IMG/VR virus record: IMGVR_UViG_3300014024_000069
Coordinates: 123,159 to 187,158 of that record
Direction: 5' to 3' (one strand)
DNA from: a virus
Taxonomy: Duplodnaviria > Heunggongvirae > Uroviricota > Caudoviricetes
DNA length: 64,000 bases
In this document: one piece after another, positions 19,500 to 29,100 of the stretch
Layout: the number at the start of each line of letters is the position of its first letter
Position numbering within the stretch: the stretch's first letter is position 1
Notes under the pieces: model-generated
The model's database searches: none
The model's input: the letters and a program-made list of their open reading frames with translations, nothing else
Told to the model about the DNA's origin: nothing
Position numbers and translations under genes: made by a program

Positions 19500-20992
19500 G
19501 ACTTCTCCTTATTGATGGTTATTAGATAGTCAATGGTTTTATCCATTAGATCCGAGTATCCCTCATAGATAGTGCTTTCGTCTAGTGCTGTGACACCTGT
19601 TTTTTCTGGCGTAGTGGCGGAGTTTTTCTCCAGGACAAACAGCGTCCCGTATTTAGTGATTTTCTTCACTATGTCACCAATGCTGCCAATGTTCCGGGTG
19701 GGGTCAACAAGGATTGCCGCATCAACGCTGTTTTTCATTGAGGACAAAGACACACATGCATCTGCATAGTCGTTGTCAGCAATGACTGCAACTGTGGCGT
19801 AGCCGCGTGTTTTCCTCATGACGCGGGCAACATCATCAATGTCTTGTCCCACATCATCCAGCCACATGTCACGATTAGGGTAGTCTTTGCGACTACGATT
19901 CAACGCGCATGTCACAACATTGAACCCCGCTTGAACAAACGGCACTACGGACGGGTTGTAGTCAATGATGCTGGTGTCGTCAACTGGGATGATTACACAT
20001 TTGCTGTTCGATTTGTCGTAGACAAGTGTTGTTGACATGGGTACTTTGTCAGCAGTGACCAATGTGCGCCGAGAGCATCGTAGTCCGTTTAGATCGCTGA
20101 GCGTATCGGTGAGTCTGACTGAGGTAATGCCTGTTTTGCTGATGATGGTTGCGTAAACAGGTCCAACAGACACAGGATTTTGCTTTGCTGACATGATGGT
20201 GCCACCAGCAAAAACCCTGATGAAGTCGTGTCCCTCACGTATCAGTTTGCACACATGTGACGATCCTTGGCTTTGGGCGATATTTTCCACGCTGCCGTCG
20301 TTGCAGACTGCGGCGATAACCGTTCCGCTGGGGGTGGTGACAACACGAACCGGAACAGCATCTAAAGCAACAACGGTCTTCTTCCGAAGCATGCCGCCTA
20401 CGTTGGACACTTTAGTGATGACGTTGCGTGATGTGGACGAGGACACATAAAGGTTGATTGATTTGTCCTCACCGCTGATCTGGGCTGACCACACGACACC
20501 TGTTTTCCCTAGATCAACGGTCACTGCCGCGTCGCCACTGTTAAACGGTGAGATGGTGAGGATCTTTGATGAGGTTTCGTCGATAAAACCAGCAAGACTC
20601 ATGCCTGGCGAAATCACCGGCGTGGCGTAAGCATTCAGCGGCATAGTGTAGCTTTTCTCCTCACCCTCGCCTGCCGCATGGTCAGAGTAATGTACGAATT
20701 TCACGCCAAGCTCAGTGCGGATTGCCACATACTCTGCTTTAGGGCTGGGTGAGATGTAGCACCACTTTGTGGGGTATTCCGCTGGTTCCCCCTGTGGCGG
20801 ATAGATCCGCATGGTTTCACCATCAAAGGTGACTGCTGCTTCTGATTCAGGCCCGCAGAACCCGACCGCCTGCGATGGCTTGCTGCTCAGTACGGCCTTC
20901 TCGTCGCTTGACAGCCATGAGATGAAGGTTTCGTTGCCGTCGCTGATGATGGTCTTATCGCCGTCGGACGACAAAGCATACACAATATCCAT
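19496..20992 (-). CDS. Beta-propeller plus degenerate alpha/beta-hydrolase (S9 peptidase-like) protein
   Basis: Beta-rich N-terminus (ISPSPKAEYVA, ISPGMSLAGF); C-terminal PFVQAGFNVV...QDIDDVARVM...VAVIADNDYA follows the S9 layout but has no GxSxG. Confidence 0.5.
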   Translation of the reverse strand: MDIVYALSSDGDKTIISDGNETFISWLSSDEKAVLSSKPSQAVGFCGPESEAAVTFDGETMRIYPPQGEPAEYPTKWCYISPSPKAEYVAIRTELGVKFVHYSDHAAGEGEEKSYTMPLNAYATPVISPGMSLAGFIDETSSKILTISPFNSGDAAVTVDLGKTGVVWSAQISGEDKSINLYVSSSTSRNVITKVSNVGGMLRKKTVVALDAVPVRVVTTPSGTVIAAVCNDGSVENIAQSQGSSHVCKLIREGHDFIRVFAGGTIMSAKQNPVSVGPVYATIISKTGITSVRLTDTLSDLNGLRCSRRTLVTADKVPMSTTLVYDKSNSKCVIIPVDDTSIIDYNPSVVPFVQAGFNVVTCALNRSRKDYPNRDMWLDDVGQDIDDVARVMRKTRGYATVAVIADNDYADACVSLSSMKNSVDAAILVDPTRNIGSIGDIVKKITKYGTLFVLEKNSATTPEKTGVTALDESTIYEGYSDLMDKTIDYLITINKEKS

Positions 20993-21013
20993 ATGTTTTC
21001 CTTAAAGGTTTTC

Positions 21014-22852
21014 CTAGTTTGAAAGCATTAGTCCATTAATGAAGTTGGTTGACGGATCTGCCGTGTCTAGCTCTTTTTCCGTGAAGTCGCACTCAAAGGA
21101 GTCTTTGACCACGATCACGGCGTAGTCACTGCCTTCTTTTTCGCGCACACCGTCCACATGTACACCGTTTTCCTGTGCGGCGCGCACCCACTCATCAATC
21201 GTGTCTGCTTTAACCAGTACATTTCCACTGCTGCCTGCATCATCCACCAGCATTTCCGCTAGTTCACGGGAAGAATACTTACTTGTGTCGTCAATAATGG
21301 AGGGGTTTTCAACGTGCCGCGCGCCTGAATGGGTAAACATGCTGAACGCGCTCACCCTACCCAATTCCGGTAGTCGCTCTACTGGGATGCGGTAACTGGT
21401 GGATTGAAAATCAATGTCCCCGCCATCAAGAACATTGTTCAAATACTGGAAGAAATCAACAATCGGAACAGCTACAGGCTGTTCAATAGGGATGGTTCCA
21501 ACGGAGGCGTACTCGCACAACAGCACATCGTCAATGTTTTCACGCGGCGTATTCGCCAACGCCAGAAAACCTATCGTCGGGTCAAAATCGGAGAGGAAGG
21601 TAGCTGACCTGGGGACGAAGCAGTGGTTTTCTTCCCTGTTAACCACCAGCGCTATAGGCTTCATTGATTCCGCCATGCCTACCACAGCACCTAGATTAAT
21701 GTTGATGGAAACAGCACCATAGCGTTGCGTTTCGTTTTCCACATACTTATCAAAATCAATGGTGCCGGAAATGTTTTTGCTGCTCACAATGTTCTTTTTG
21801 ATGAACTCGACAACATCAAATGTGTTCATGATAAATGCCTGAACAGCAATGATTTCCGTATCATCATCGTTGTAGTTGATTTGTGAACATACCACGGCAG
21901 CCCCCAGTTGGAAACCCTGTTTCGCGGCGGCAGTGTTCAGTGAGGTAAGTCCTTTTTTGATTACGTCTTGGACATGAACCGCCAGAACGTCCAAGCAACC
22001 TTTTTGCCCCACGACGTAGCATTCAACCCCTAGTGAACGCAGAAGGTATTCCACATGGTTCGGCACTACCAGTGCTGTTACGACGTGTCGTTTTTCGTTG
22101 AGAATGTCAACCCCAATGGCGGCGAGAATACCTAGCGCTGTTGCCTTGAATGACCTGTCGGCAAGGTTGATCTTCATGGTGTCCTCAACCAGCAGCTCAA
22201 AGACTACCTTTGAACCCTCTGCGTGTAGCTTGTAGTTTTCACTGTTGGTCTCTCCCGCTGACTGCACGCCCACGACGAAACTATTTGCCGCTTCTGGGCT
22301 GCCCGCATCCCACTCGCCCGCGCCGCCTAGTTCCTCAAATAGTTCTTCCACCCAGTTTTTCCGCATGCGTGCGATAATCTCAGCAACCTTTGTTAGACAG
22401 CCGTATTCTGCAACCATGCGTGACGCGGCAGAACGCGCAAGGGTGTTGACATGCTCTCTGCGCCCCCGAATCAGGTCCGCCATGTCTTTACCCTCAATGT
22501 GGCTTATCTCCTCCCAGAACTGGAAACCAGCGTTGTCTACATGAAGCCTGTGAGCGCGGAGCGCGTCGGTAAATGCTCGCCTCTCGGAGTTCGATTCTGG
22601 TCCGCTAATGGCGTGCCGCAGCGGAAGATAATCAATCCTCGCATAATCCATCAGCTGGTACACGTTGGGAGCAACCTCCACCCCCTGTAGGGTAATGTGC
22701 CCAGCCTCCCCTGGTTCAGCGTTGACCATCTTCCAAAAATCAAGCACCCATTCATTGACCGGCGGGTCCACGATCCTCGCGTTCGTTACTTTCAATCCAC
22801 ACAAGGGGCTTGCCCCGTAGAAGCTTTTTGCGGCGGTAGGGTTGTTGGTCAC
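21014..22852 (-). CDS. Hypothetical protein (~612 aa)
   Basis: Start revised to GTG 22852 after GAAAGGA; the longer ORF-track start overlaps ftsK. Confidence 0.65.
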   Translation of the reverse strand: MTNNPTAAKSFYGASPLCGLKVTNARIVDPPVNEWVLDFWKMVNAEPGEAGHITLQGVEVAPNVYQLMDYARIDYLPLRHAISGPESNSERRAFTDALRAHRLHVDNAGFQFWEEISHIEGKDMADLIRGRREHVNTLARSAASRMVAEYGCLTKVAEIIARMRKNWVEELFEELGGAGEWDAGSPEAANSFVVGVQSAGETNSENYKLHAEGSKVVFELLVEDTMKINLADRSFKATALGILAAIGVDILNEKRHVVTALVVPNHVEYLLRSLGVECYVVGQKGCLDVLAVHVQDVIKKGLTSLNTAAAKQGFQLGAAVVCSQINYNDDDTEIIAVQAFIMNTFDVVEFIKKNIVSSKNISGTIDFDKYVENETQRYGAVSININLGAVVGMAESMKPIALVVNREENHCFVPRSATFLSDFDPTIGFLALANTPRENIDDVLLCEYASVGTIPIEQPVAVPIVDFFQYLNNVLDGGDIDFQSTSYRIPVERLPELGRVSAFSMFTHSGARHVENPSIIDDTSKYSSRELAEMLVDDAGSSGNVLVKADTIDEWVRAAQENGVHVDGVREKEGSDYAVIVVKDSFECDFTEKELDTADPSTNFINGLMLSN

Positions 22853-23006
22853 CTGTCTAAAAATCCTTTCGTTGTTATCCAATTGGAAAAGTACCTTAAC
22901 AGCAGAAACGCTGTCAAAACACCAAACGCCTTGAACCCTCACGCCCGGCGCGTTTTGGTTGTTTTGTTTTGCGTGGTGGCGGGGCGGGGAGGGAGGGTGC
23001 TTGTAG

Positions 23007-26000
23007 TTATGTGGTGGGTTGTTGTGTGGGGTTGGGGATTCCTCCTGTGCCGTGCATGGAGATTTGGGATTTGCCTTGGATGAGTCCAAGTTGTTTTGCG
23101 TTGCGGCGTTTGAAGTCTTCTAGGGTGCCGAGGTGGAAGTCGGGGTCTGCTAGTTCGTCGTTGGTGTAGTTGAATCCTTTGATTTTGTTTAGCATTCCTT
23201 TTTCTTCTGCTAGGTGGAGGTCTTGTGCCATTGCGGTGTTTTCCCAGCGGCGGAATACGCTTGCATCAATGGGGGGTAGGTCGATATAGGGGTTGTGGGG
23301 TTGTCCGGGTTGTGTGGTTGTGCCGTCTGGTCGGCGTGAGGGGAGGGATTGTAGTACTTGTACGACATCGTCTTTTGTGGGGTCGTCGAAGTCGTGGTTG
23401 AGGTAGAAACCGCGCGCTTCCCTAAACATGCTTTCGTGTTCTGCCATGAGGGAGCCTCGGAATCGGAGGTTTTCGAGTCCTTTTTGTCCGATGATGATGT
23501 CTGAAGCGAGGCTGTCTTTGGCTTTGAGTCCGATGCGTCGCATTTGTTGGCGGATGAGGGAGGGGAGGGAGATGTTTGTTGGGTACTGGGTGAGTACTGC
23601 CATGAGAATGCCTGCGGAGCGGGCCTCTCGGGCGATTCGTCCAGTGTAGTAGAGGATTTCTGCTTGGACTTCTTTGCCTTCTTTGTCAGTACAGCCGGTG
23701 AAGACGGTGGCGCATTCCTCGATGATGAGGATGCGGTAGGGCATCCAGAGTGGGTTGGGGCTGCCGTCGGGCTGTGCTCCTTGTTTGAGGGCCATGCGGC
23801 GGGCTTCTGCGAGTTTTTCTGGTTTTTGCAGCCCGGGGAGGTGGACCATGAGTTTGTTGCGGCGTTCCATTTCTTGGACGTTTTCTACCAGCAGGTCTCG
23901 GGTTGCCTCAAAGAATGCGCCTTCTCTGGTCCATGAGTCTACGTAGCTGGTTACGTTGTCTAGGTCTTTGAATATTTGGGTGCCGTTTTTCGGTTCAATG
24001 ATGTTGATTTCCAGGTCTGCTGGGTTGTTTTTCAGGGCGAGTTGGGAAATCATGTTGTGGAGGACAACGGATTTACCGGAGCCTGAGCTTCCGGCGATGA
24101 GTAGGTGGGCGCCGGAGGGGGAGTTCTCGAAGTCGTCTACGAGGATTTTGCCGTTGCTCATCATGCCGATTCCCCATTCTGGTTTGGCGACACCTGGTTC
24201 TCGTCCTACGCCGATGAGTTCATCGCGGTAGGTGCCGAATGGGAACATTTTGTCGAGAGGGTGTTTGACTGCACTGATGACGGTGAAGAAGGATTTTGCG
24301 CCGTGTTTGCGTTTAAATTCTTTTTGTTTTCGTTCTTTTTCTTTGTTGCTCCATGACGTGGGGAGTCCTTCACTGATTTCCATGAAGGCGTTGCCTGCGG
24401 ATGAGCGGATTTTTTCTTTCTTCGGCAAAAGGTCTGAGGCTACATCAAAGCTGGGGTTTGAGAATACTAGTTCGTTTGATTCTTCTGTGACTGGTTTGCT
24501 GCTCAGTAGCACGGGGGAACCGGAGCTGCTGATGATGCGGCTGTCGCTGTAGATGAAGATCCATTCTGCAGTGTTGAGTTCGTTGCGTACTTTCGTGGCA
24601 GGTTGGATGAGTTTGATGCCGTCACTGTCGTGGCGGTCCCCGAGGTAGAGGGAGATGACTTTTTTACCTTCTGGGGTGGTTTCCCGCATGGCGCGGAACC
24701 ATTCAACACCCAGCGCGTCTTTGATTTTGGTGCATTCGTCCAGGAAGTTTTGTAGTCCTTTTCCGTCTGGTGGTATGACCTGGATTTTGATGATTTTCGC
24801 GGGCGAGTCTGGTGTTGTCAGCGGCATGATGGAGTACAGTCCGCATCTGCCGATTTTGCTTCCTTGCATGTCTGCTATGACGTTGATGACGCGGGCGCGG
24901 GCCGCGATTTCCGCTTCCTCTGGGGGTAGTTGCCCTGAGACTAGATCCCAAATGTCTAGCTGTTTGTCGGTCCACCAGACTCTGAACCCGATTTGTCCGA
25001 CGGTGCCGCGCATTGGTTCGCCTTCCTCGTTGATGTCGGGGATGGGGGCGACGCAGAGGAGGGCACCAGTGCCACTTTTGCCGTTGGGGCTTTGCATGGA
25101 GGGCAGGATTTTCTGCTCGCACCCGGCGTAGGTGTCGTAGGTGCCGCCAACGGGGAAGGAGAACGTCGCCACCCACACGTGCGGGTCGTAGATTTCGTCT
25201 GGTCGGATCTGTGCCCAGTCCTCTGGGCCTGGTACGGCAACCTCGTTTTCGTATTTGGGGATGGTGTTTTCTTTGAGGAATGAGTAGAAAATGTCATCCC
25301 ACCGGTCGGCGGCGGCGGCGTGGTTTTTCACGTCCTCAATGTAGATAGCCCGCACCCTGGAGGTGAGGTGAAACACAATTGCAGACACCAGTGACAGGAG
25401 GGTTACCGCAACACTTACCCACGCGGGGATGACACCGAAACGCGCCGCCAACACCGACAACCCCAGTGTGAAAGCCGTGGACACCATCGCCAGTGACACA
25501 GCGATCACAATATCCTTTGTCATCGACTTCCACCCGCCAGGAATATGGTTCGATAGTACAGCTGGGTAGTGGTCAATGTTTGGTTCATTAATCGCCAGGG
25601 CGTAGCGTTGTGCAGCAACAATCACCTGGATTGTCATGTACCACCCGATGCCTGACAGCACCAGCGCAAGCGCGGCAGGCAGCTTCATATCACCCCAAAA
25701 CGGGAAAATAATCGGGTTGATTGCGTAATCCAAACAGCCTAAGAAGAAACCCACAGGTAAAGCCCACCAGGATGTCATGCGTGTGGGCGGGAACCAGCCC
25801 ATGACGATTTCCTTTTCTGGTTCGTCTTCTGGGGCGCCCATACCCAACGACACGACAGGCTTCACCAAATCCCACGTGCCACGGTTGTTCGGTCCGCGCT
25901 TGATCACCGTGACAAGCTGAGACAGCTTATAGGATTCCGTCTCAGGGGTAAGCCCACCAAGGGTGGGGTTTTTCATGTCGTCGTAGGCTTTCCATAGTTT

Positions 26001-26189
26001 CGACACCATAATCAGCGTTGCCAGCGCGGCAAGCCCCACGGGAATATCCCCCAGAATAACCATGAGGACAAACCCCATGCCCAACAATCCCAGTCCGATC
26101 TTCCTGAAAACACCCCACGAGGTGAAGAAATCAAGCCCGCGCTGCTGCATTTTCTGTTTCGTGCCGCTATTACCACCTAGACCAAACAA
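23007..26189 (-). CDS. FtsK/SpoIIIE-family DNA translocase with an N-terminal membrane domain
   Basis: N-terminal TM helices; HLLIAGSSGSGKS, IIEPK, LIIEECAT, AREARSAGI, LTQYP. Confidence 0.88.
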   Translation of the reverse strand: MFGLGGNSGTKQKMQQRGLDFFTSWGVFRKIGLGLLGMGFVLMVILGDIPVGLAALATLIMVSKLWKAYDDMKNPTLGGLTPETESYKLSQLVTVIKRGPNNRGTWDLVKPVVSLGMGAPEDEPEKEIVMGWFPPTRMTSWWALPVGFFLGCLDYAINPIIFPFWGDMKLPAALALVLSGIGWYMTIQVIVAAQRYALAINEPNIDHYPAVLSNHIPGGWKSMTKDIVIAVSLAMVSTAFTLGLSVLAARFGVIPAWVSVAVTLLSLVSAIVFHLTSRVRAIYIEDVKNHAAAADRWDDIFYSFLKENTIPKYENEVAVPGPEDWAQIRPDEIYDPHVWVATFSFPVGGTYDTYAGCEQKILPSMQSPNGKSGTGALLCVAPIPDINEEGEPMRGTVGQIGFRVWWTDKQLDIWDLVSGQLPPEEAEIAARARVINVIADMQGSKIGRCGLYSIMPLTTPDSPAKIIKIQVIPPDGKGLQNFLDECTKIKDALGVEWFRAMRETTPEGKKVISLYLGDRHDSDGIKLIQPATKVRNELNTAEWIFIYSDSRIISSSGSPVLLSSKPVTEESNELVFSNPSFDVASDLLPKKEKIRSSAGNAFMEISEGLPTSWSNKEKERKQKEFKRKHGAKSFFTVISAVKHPLDKMFPFGTYRDELIGVGREPGVAKPEWGIGMMSNGKILVDDFENSPSGAHLLIAGSSGSGKSVVLHNMISQLALKNNPADLEINIIEPKNGTQIFKDLDNVTSYVDSWTREGAFFEATRDLLVENVQEMERRNKLMVHLPGLQKPEKLAEARRMALKQGAQPDGSPNPLWMPYRILIIEECATVFTGCTDKEGKEVQAEILYYTGRIAREARSAGILMAVLTQYPTNISLPSLIRQQMRRIGLKAKDSLASDIIIGQKGLENLRFRGSLMAEHESMFREARGFYLNHDFDDPTKDDVVQVLQSLPSRRPDGTTTQPGQPHNPYIDLPPIDASVFRRWENTAMAQDLHLAEEKGMLNKIKGFNYTNDELADPDFHLGTLEDFKRRNAKQLGLIQGKSQISMHGTGGIPNPTQQPTT

Positions 26190-26594
26190 CTAAACAAACC
26201 CCTTTTTTGTGAAATTTTTCGTGGTGAACTCTAACAACCCGCCCCATATGCCCCACAATTAGGGAAACAATAAGGTCGTGCCACAAAAAATTTACCACCC
26301 CCGACTGTTCGTTTACTCCGCCATCTTTTTATCCTCCCCCCCCTTTTTTTCTCTTTTAGTGTCCCCCTCTTACATATAGTTCGTCGCCACCAGGCACCGT
26401 GAAAAGTAAAAAGGGCACATTATGTGCCTTCATAATGCTTTAAGAAAAACTTCCTCTTTTTGTGTGTCCGCAATATTTTCTCTTGCCTCCTGGTCCAGAA
26501 CTTTCCAAACAAACCAAAAGGCAAGCAAAAAGAAGGATGTATTTACTTAAAGCACTTGAAGGCACACAACGTGCACTTAGTAGTCACGTTGATG
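26190..26594. promoter_or_regulatory. AT-rich non-coding region with a palindromic operator-like site
   Basis: Largest gene-free gap; homopolymer tracts; GGCACAT-T-ATGTGCC palindrome at 26414-26428. Confidence 0.4.
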
Positions 26595-27023
26595 TTATTT
26601 GTTCGCCAGCTCAAATGCAAGCTGCAGGAAGGTTGGTGACGGTGATTTATCATCATCACCATCTGGGTTAATGTCCTCACCCTTCTTGTTGATGGCTTTC
26701 AGAGCAAGCTGTTCTGACCCATCATCATAGACCTTAACGATCTCTAAACGGAGCCTCCTACCGTTCTGGTAAGCGATACCACCCCATACACCATCGCGCT
26801 CGCGGTAGGCTTCCGCCTGGGCGGCGCATGCTTCCATTACGGGGCAGCCGTGACAAAATTCACGAATGAACCGCGCTTGTTCCTTATATTCATAAGGATC
26901 AAGCTGCCCCAAGGAATCGCGGCAAGCGGCTTCTTGACCCCAATCAGTGTCAACCTCAGCAACGTTCAGAATGCTGGTTGACACTTCAAACGCGCGCCGT
27001 TCTGCCGGTAGAAGATTAGACAT
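26595..27023 (-). CDS. WhiB-family Fe-S transcriptional regulator
   Basis: WGQEAACRD...FCHGCPVMEAC...DGVWGG. Confidence 0.88.
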   Translation of the reverse strand: MSNLLPAERRAFEVSTSILNVAEVDTDWGQEAACRDSLGQLDPYEYKEQARFIREFCHGCPVMEACAAQAEAYRERDGVWGGIAYQNGRRLRLEIVKVYDDGSEQLALKAINKKGEDINPDGDDDKSPSPTFLQLAFELANK

Positions 27024-27053
27024 GTTAAGTTCCTTCCTTTCTGTTGGTGGATG

Positions 27054-29090
27054 CTAGCTATTTTCCATAATGTCCAGCATCATTCCCTTCATAATCATAT
27101 CCACCCCATCAGAATCGTCAACAGAAACCCTCTTTTCGGGGGTGGCGTTAATGATGCTGCGAACAAGCTCATCCTTCCAAATCACAGTCTGCTTTAGATA
27201 CTCATCAATCGTGTACCCCGCCACCGCGTAGTGAACATAAGCCTCATGCGGCACATAATCACGCGACAACCGCGCCCAACACCGCCCCGCCATCTGAATC
27301 ACCCAGTCAGGCATGAACGGAATTTCCGCCACTAGCACATCTTTAGCAGCGGTAAGCGTCAACCCCTCCCGCGCGCCGGGGTAGCACACCAGTATTTGAG
27401 GCCCGTCGGGATCCTGGAATCTGGCAACAATGTCATCAACTTTCTTGCTTCCCGTGAAGATACCCAGAACGCCGTATTTTTGCAGCTCAGGGGCTTTATA
27501 TAGGGCTTTTTGGATGTCTCTGTGGTATGCGAACACAATGATTTTCCGACGTGTCGGATCCCCGCCAGTTACTACTTTGTTTCCTTCACAGAACTCCACC
27601 AGCCATCGCACAAGGTGAGGGATTTTCAGCTCTGCGACTTCATGGCGGGCCGCGTTGATGCGCATAATGGCTTCTGCCTTGTTGATGGATTTCATTGCGC
27701 GCGCCACGTCTAATTGGTAATTCACGTGGTTGCCGTTGCTTTTTTCAAGCAGTTTCCCGCGCACATAGGAGGTGAAGTTGCTTTCAATCTCCGCGTATTG
27801 CTCCCACTCATCATCATTGAGAACAATGTTCAAGTTGGTTTGAATCAATGGCGGGGTGGGAAACATCACATCTGATTTGTCGCGGCGTATCATCACATGC
27901 TCACGCAAAACCCGCCCCAATTCCTCAGTGTTGCTGGATCCGCTGCGTATCCACCCCATTGGGGTTGCTTTGCCGTCGCAGTAACGAACGTCAAAGTATG
28001 TGCGGTTGTTGACGGTGGTGTACTGACCATTCTGCATTTTCGTTTTGCATCGCCGTAGGATTTTCTTACCTAAGTCAAGGTGTCTTTTCGCCTCGTCGAT
28101 GACATAATGCGACGTGCCTGATAGTTCCATTTGTGACCATAATTCTTCTGGCCTGTTGGGGATGGGGGTTGCCGTGGCGCACACCAAATAGGGGTGCTGT
28201 TGGTTTTTCAGGATGTGCCGTGTAAGCCGCATGGCGGCGCGGGTGCGTTTCACTCCTGGGTTTTTCATCAGGTGCGCCTCGTCGTATACCACGCCTTTGG
28301 GGTCACAGTTGAGGATATCGCCTATTCGGTGCGTGAGAATGTCGGCGTTAAGCACAATGAACTCCGCGTCGCCGCGTATCATGTCGCTTTTCCGCCCTGT
28401 GAGCACTTCCACCGTTGCGTCGTTGTTCCACATGGCGATTTCGTCGCAGACGCTGGGTATGAGTGATTTTTTCGTCACGATCACGTATGGCCACAGTTGG
28501 TGTTCTGGTGTGCCGTTTTCGCGTTTGTATTGCACTTGCGATAATGCACCACCAATGAATGACGCGGTTTTGCCCAAACCAACTTCATCGCACAGCATCA
28601 TGGTTCCACGGTGCGCCAGTGTCACGGCAGCAGCTTTTTGGTGTTTGGTCAGTGTTTCCGAGGTGGGGAACGTGTCAGGTTCCCGGTAGCCCGCCGTTAT
28701 GGCTTCTTGCGCCCATTCCTGCGCTTTCGTGACACGGTGCGACGGGGGTACTAAGGCAAGCCCAGCATCGTCAATAATGACGGCATCACGATCCGCTAGG
28801 TACTTGCTTAACTGTTTTCGGTCGCAGTTGCCGTGGGGCTGAAACACCACATATTCGGCAAGCCCGCCGGTTAACGTACCGGAAAAACCGGATAGTTCGT
28901 TCCGAAAATCCCCAAAAGCAACACATAAATCACTATAAACGGCAAGAACGTTCCGGTTTTCTTTCACGTGGGGGACAAGGATCTTGACTAGTTTTTTTAG
29001 GTCGTCGAATCCCTCAACCTCGCTTAGTCGCGGGTCGTCGGCAAGCCCCATGAACGACACTGCATCACCGCCAGCAAACCGAAACGCCAT
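27054..29090 (-). CDS. SNF2-family (HARP/SMARCAL1-like) helicase
   Basis: LCDEVGLGKT, VYDEAH, TATPIPNRPEELWSQ, KIIVFAYH, EGLTLTAA, QMAGRCWAR. Start revised to ATG 29090. Confidence 0.9.
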   Translation of the reverse strand: MAFRFAGGDAVSFMGLADDPRLSEVEGFDDLKKLVKILVPHVKENRNVLAVYSDLCVAFGDFRNELSGFSGTLTGGLAEYVVFQPHGNCDRKQLSKYLADRDAVIIDDAGLALVPPSHRVTKAQEWAQEAITAGYREPDTFPTSETLTKHQKAAAVTLAHRGTMMLCDEVGLGKTASFIGGALSQVQYKRENGTPEHQLWPYVIVTKKSLIPSVCDEIAMWNNDATVEVLTGRKSDMIRGDAEFIVLNADILTHRIGDILNCDPKGVVYDEAHLMKNPGVKRTRAAMRLTRHILKNQQHPYLVCATATPIPNRPEELWSQMELSGTSHYVIDEAKRHLDLGKKILRRCKTKMQNGQYTTVNNRTYFDVRYCDGKATPMGWIRSGSSNTEELGRVLREHVMIRRDKSDVMFPTPPLIQTNLNIVLNDDEWEQYAEIESNFTSYVRGKLLEKSNGNHVNYQLDVARAMKSINKAEAIMRINAARHEVAELKIPHLVRWLVEFCEGNKVVTGGDPTRRKIIVFAYHRDIQKALYKAPELQKYGVLGIFTGSKKVDDIVARFQDPDGPQILVCYPGAREGLTLTAAKDVLVAEIPFMPDWVIQMAGRCWARLSRDYVPHEAYVHYAVAGYTIDEYLKQTVIWKDELVRSIINATPEKRVSVDDSDGVDMIMKGMMLDIMENS

Positions 29091-29100
29091 ATCTCTGTGA

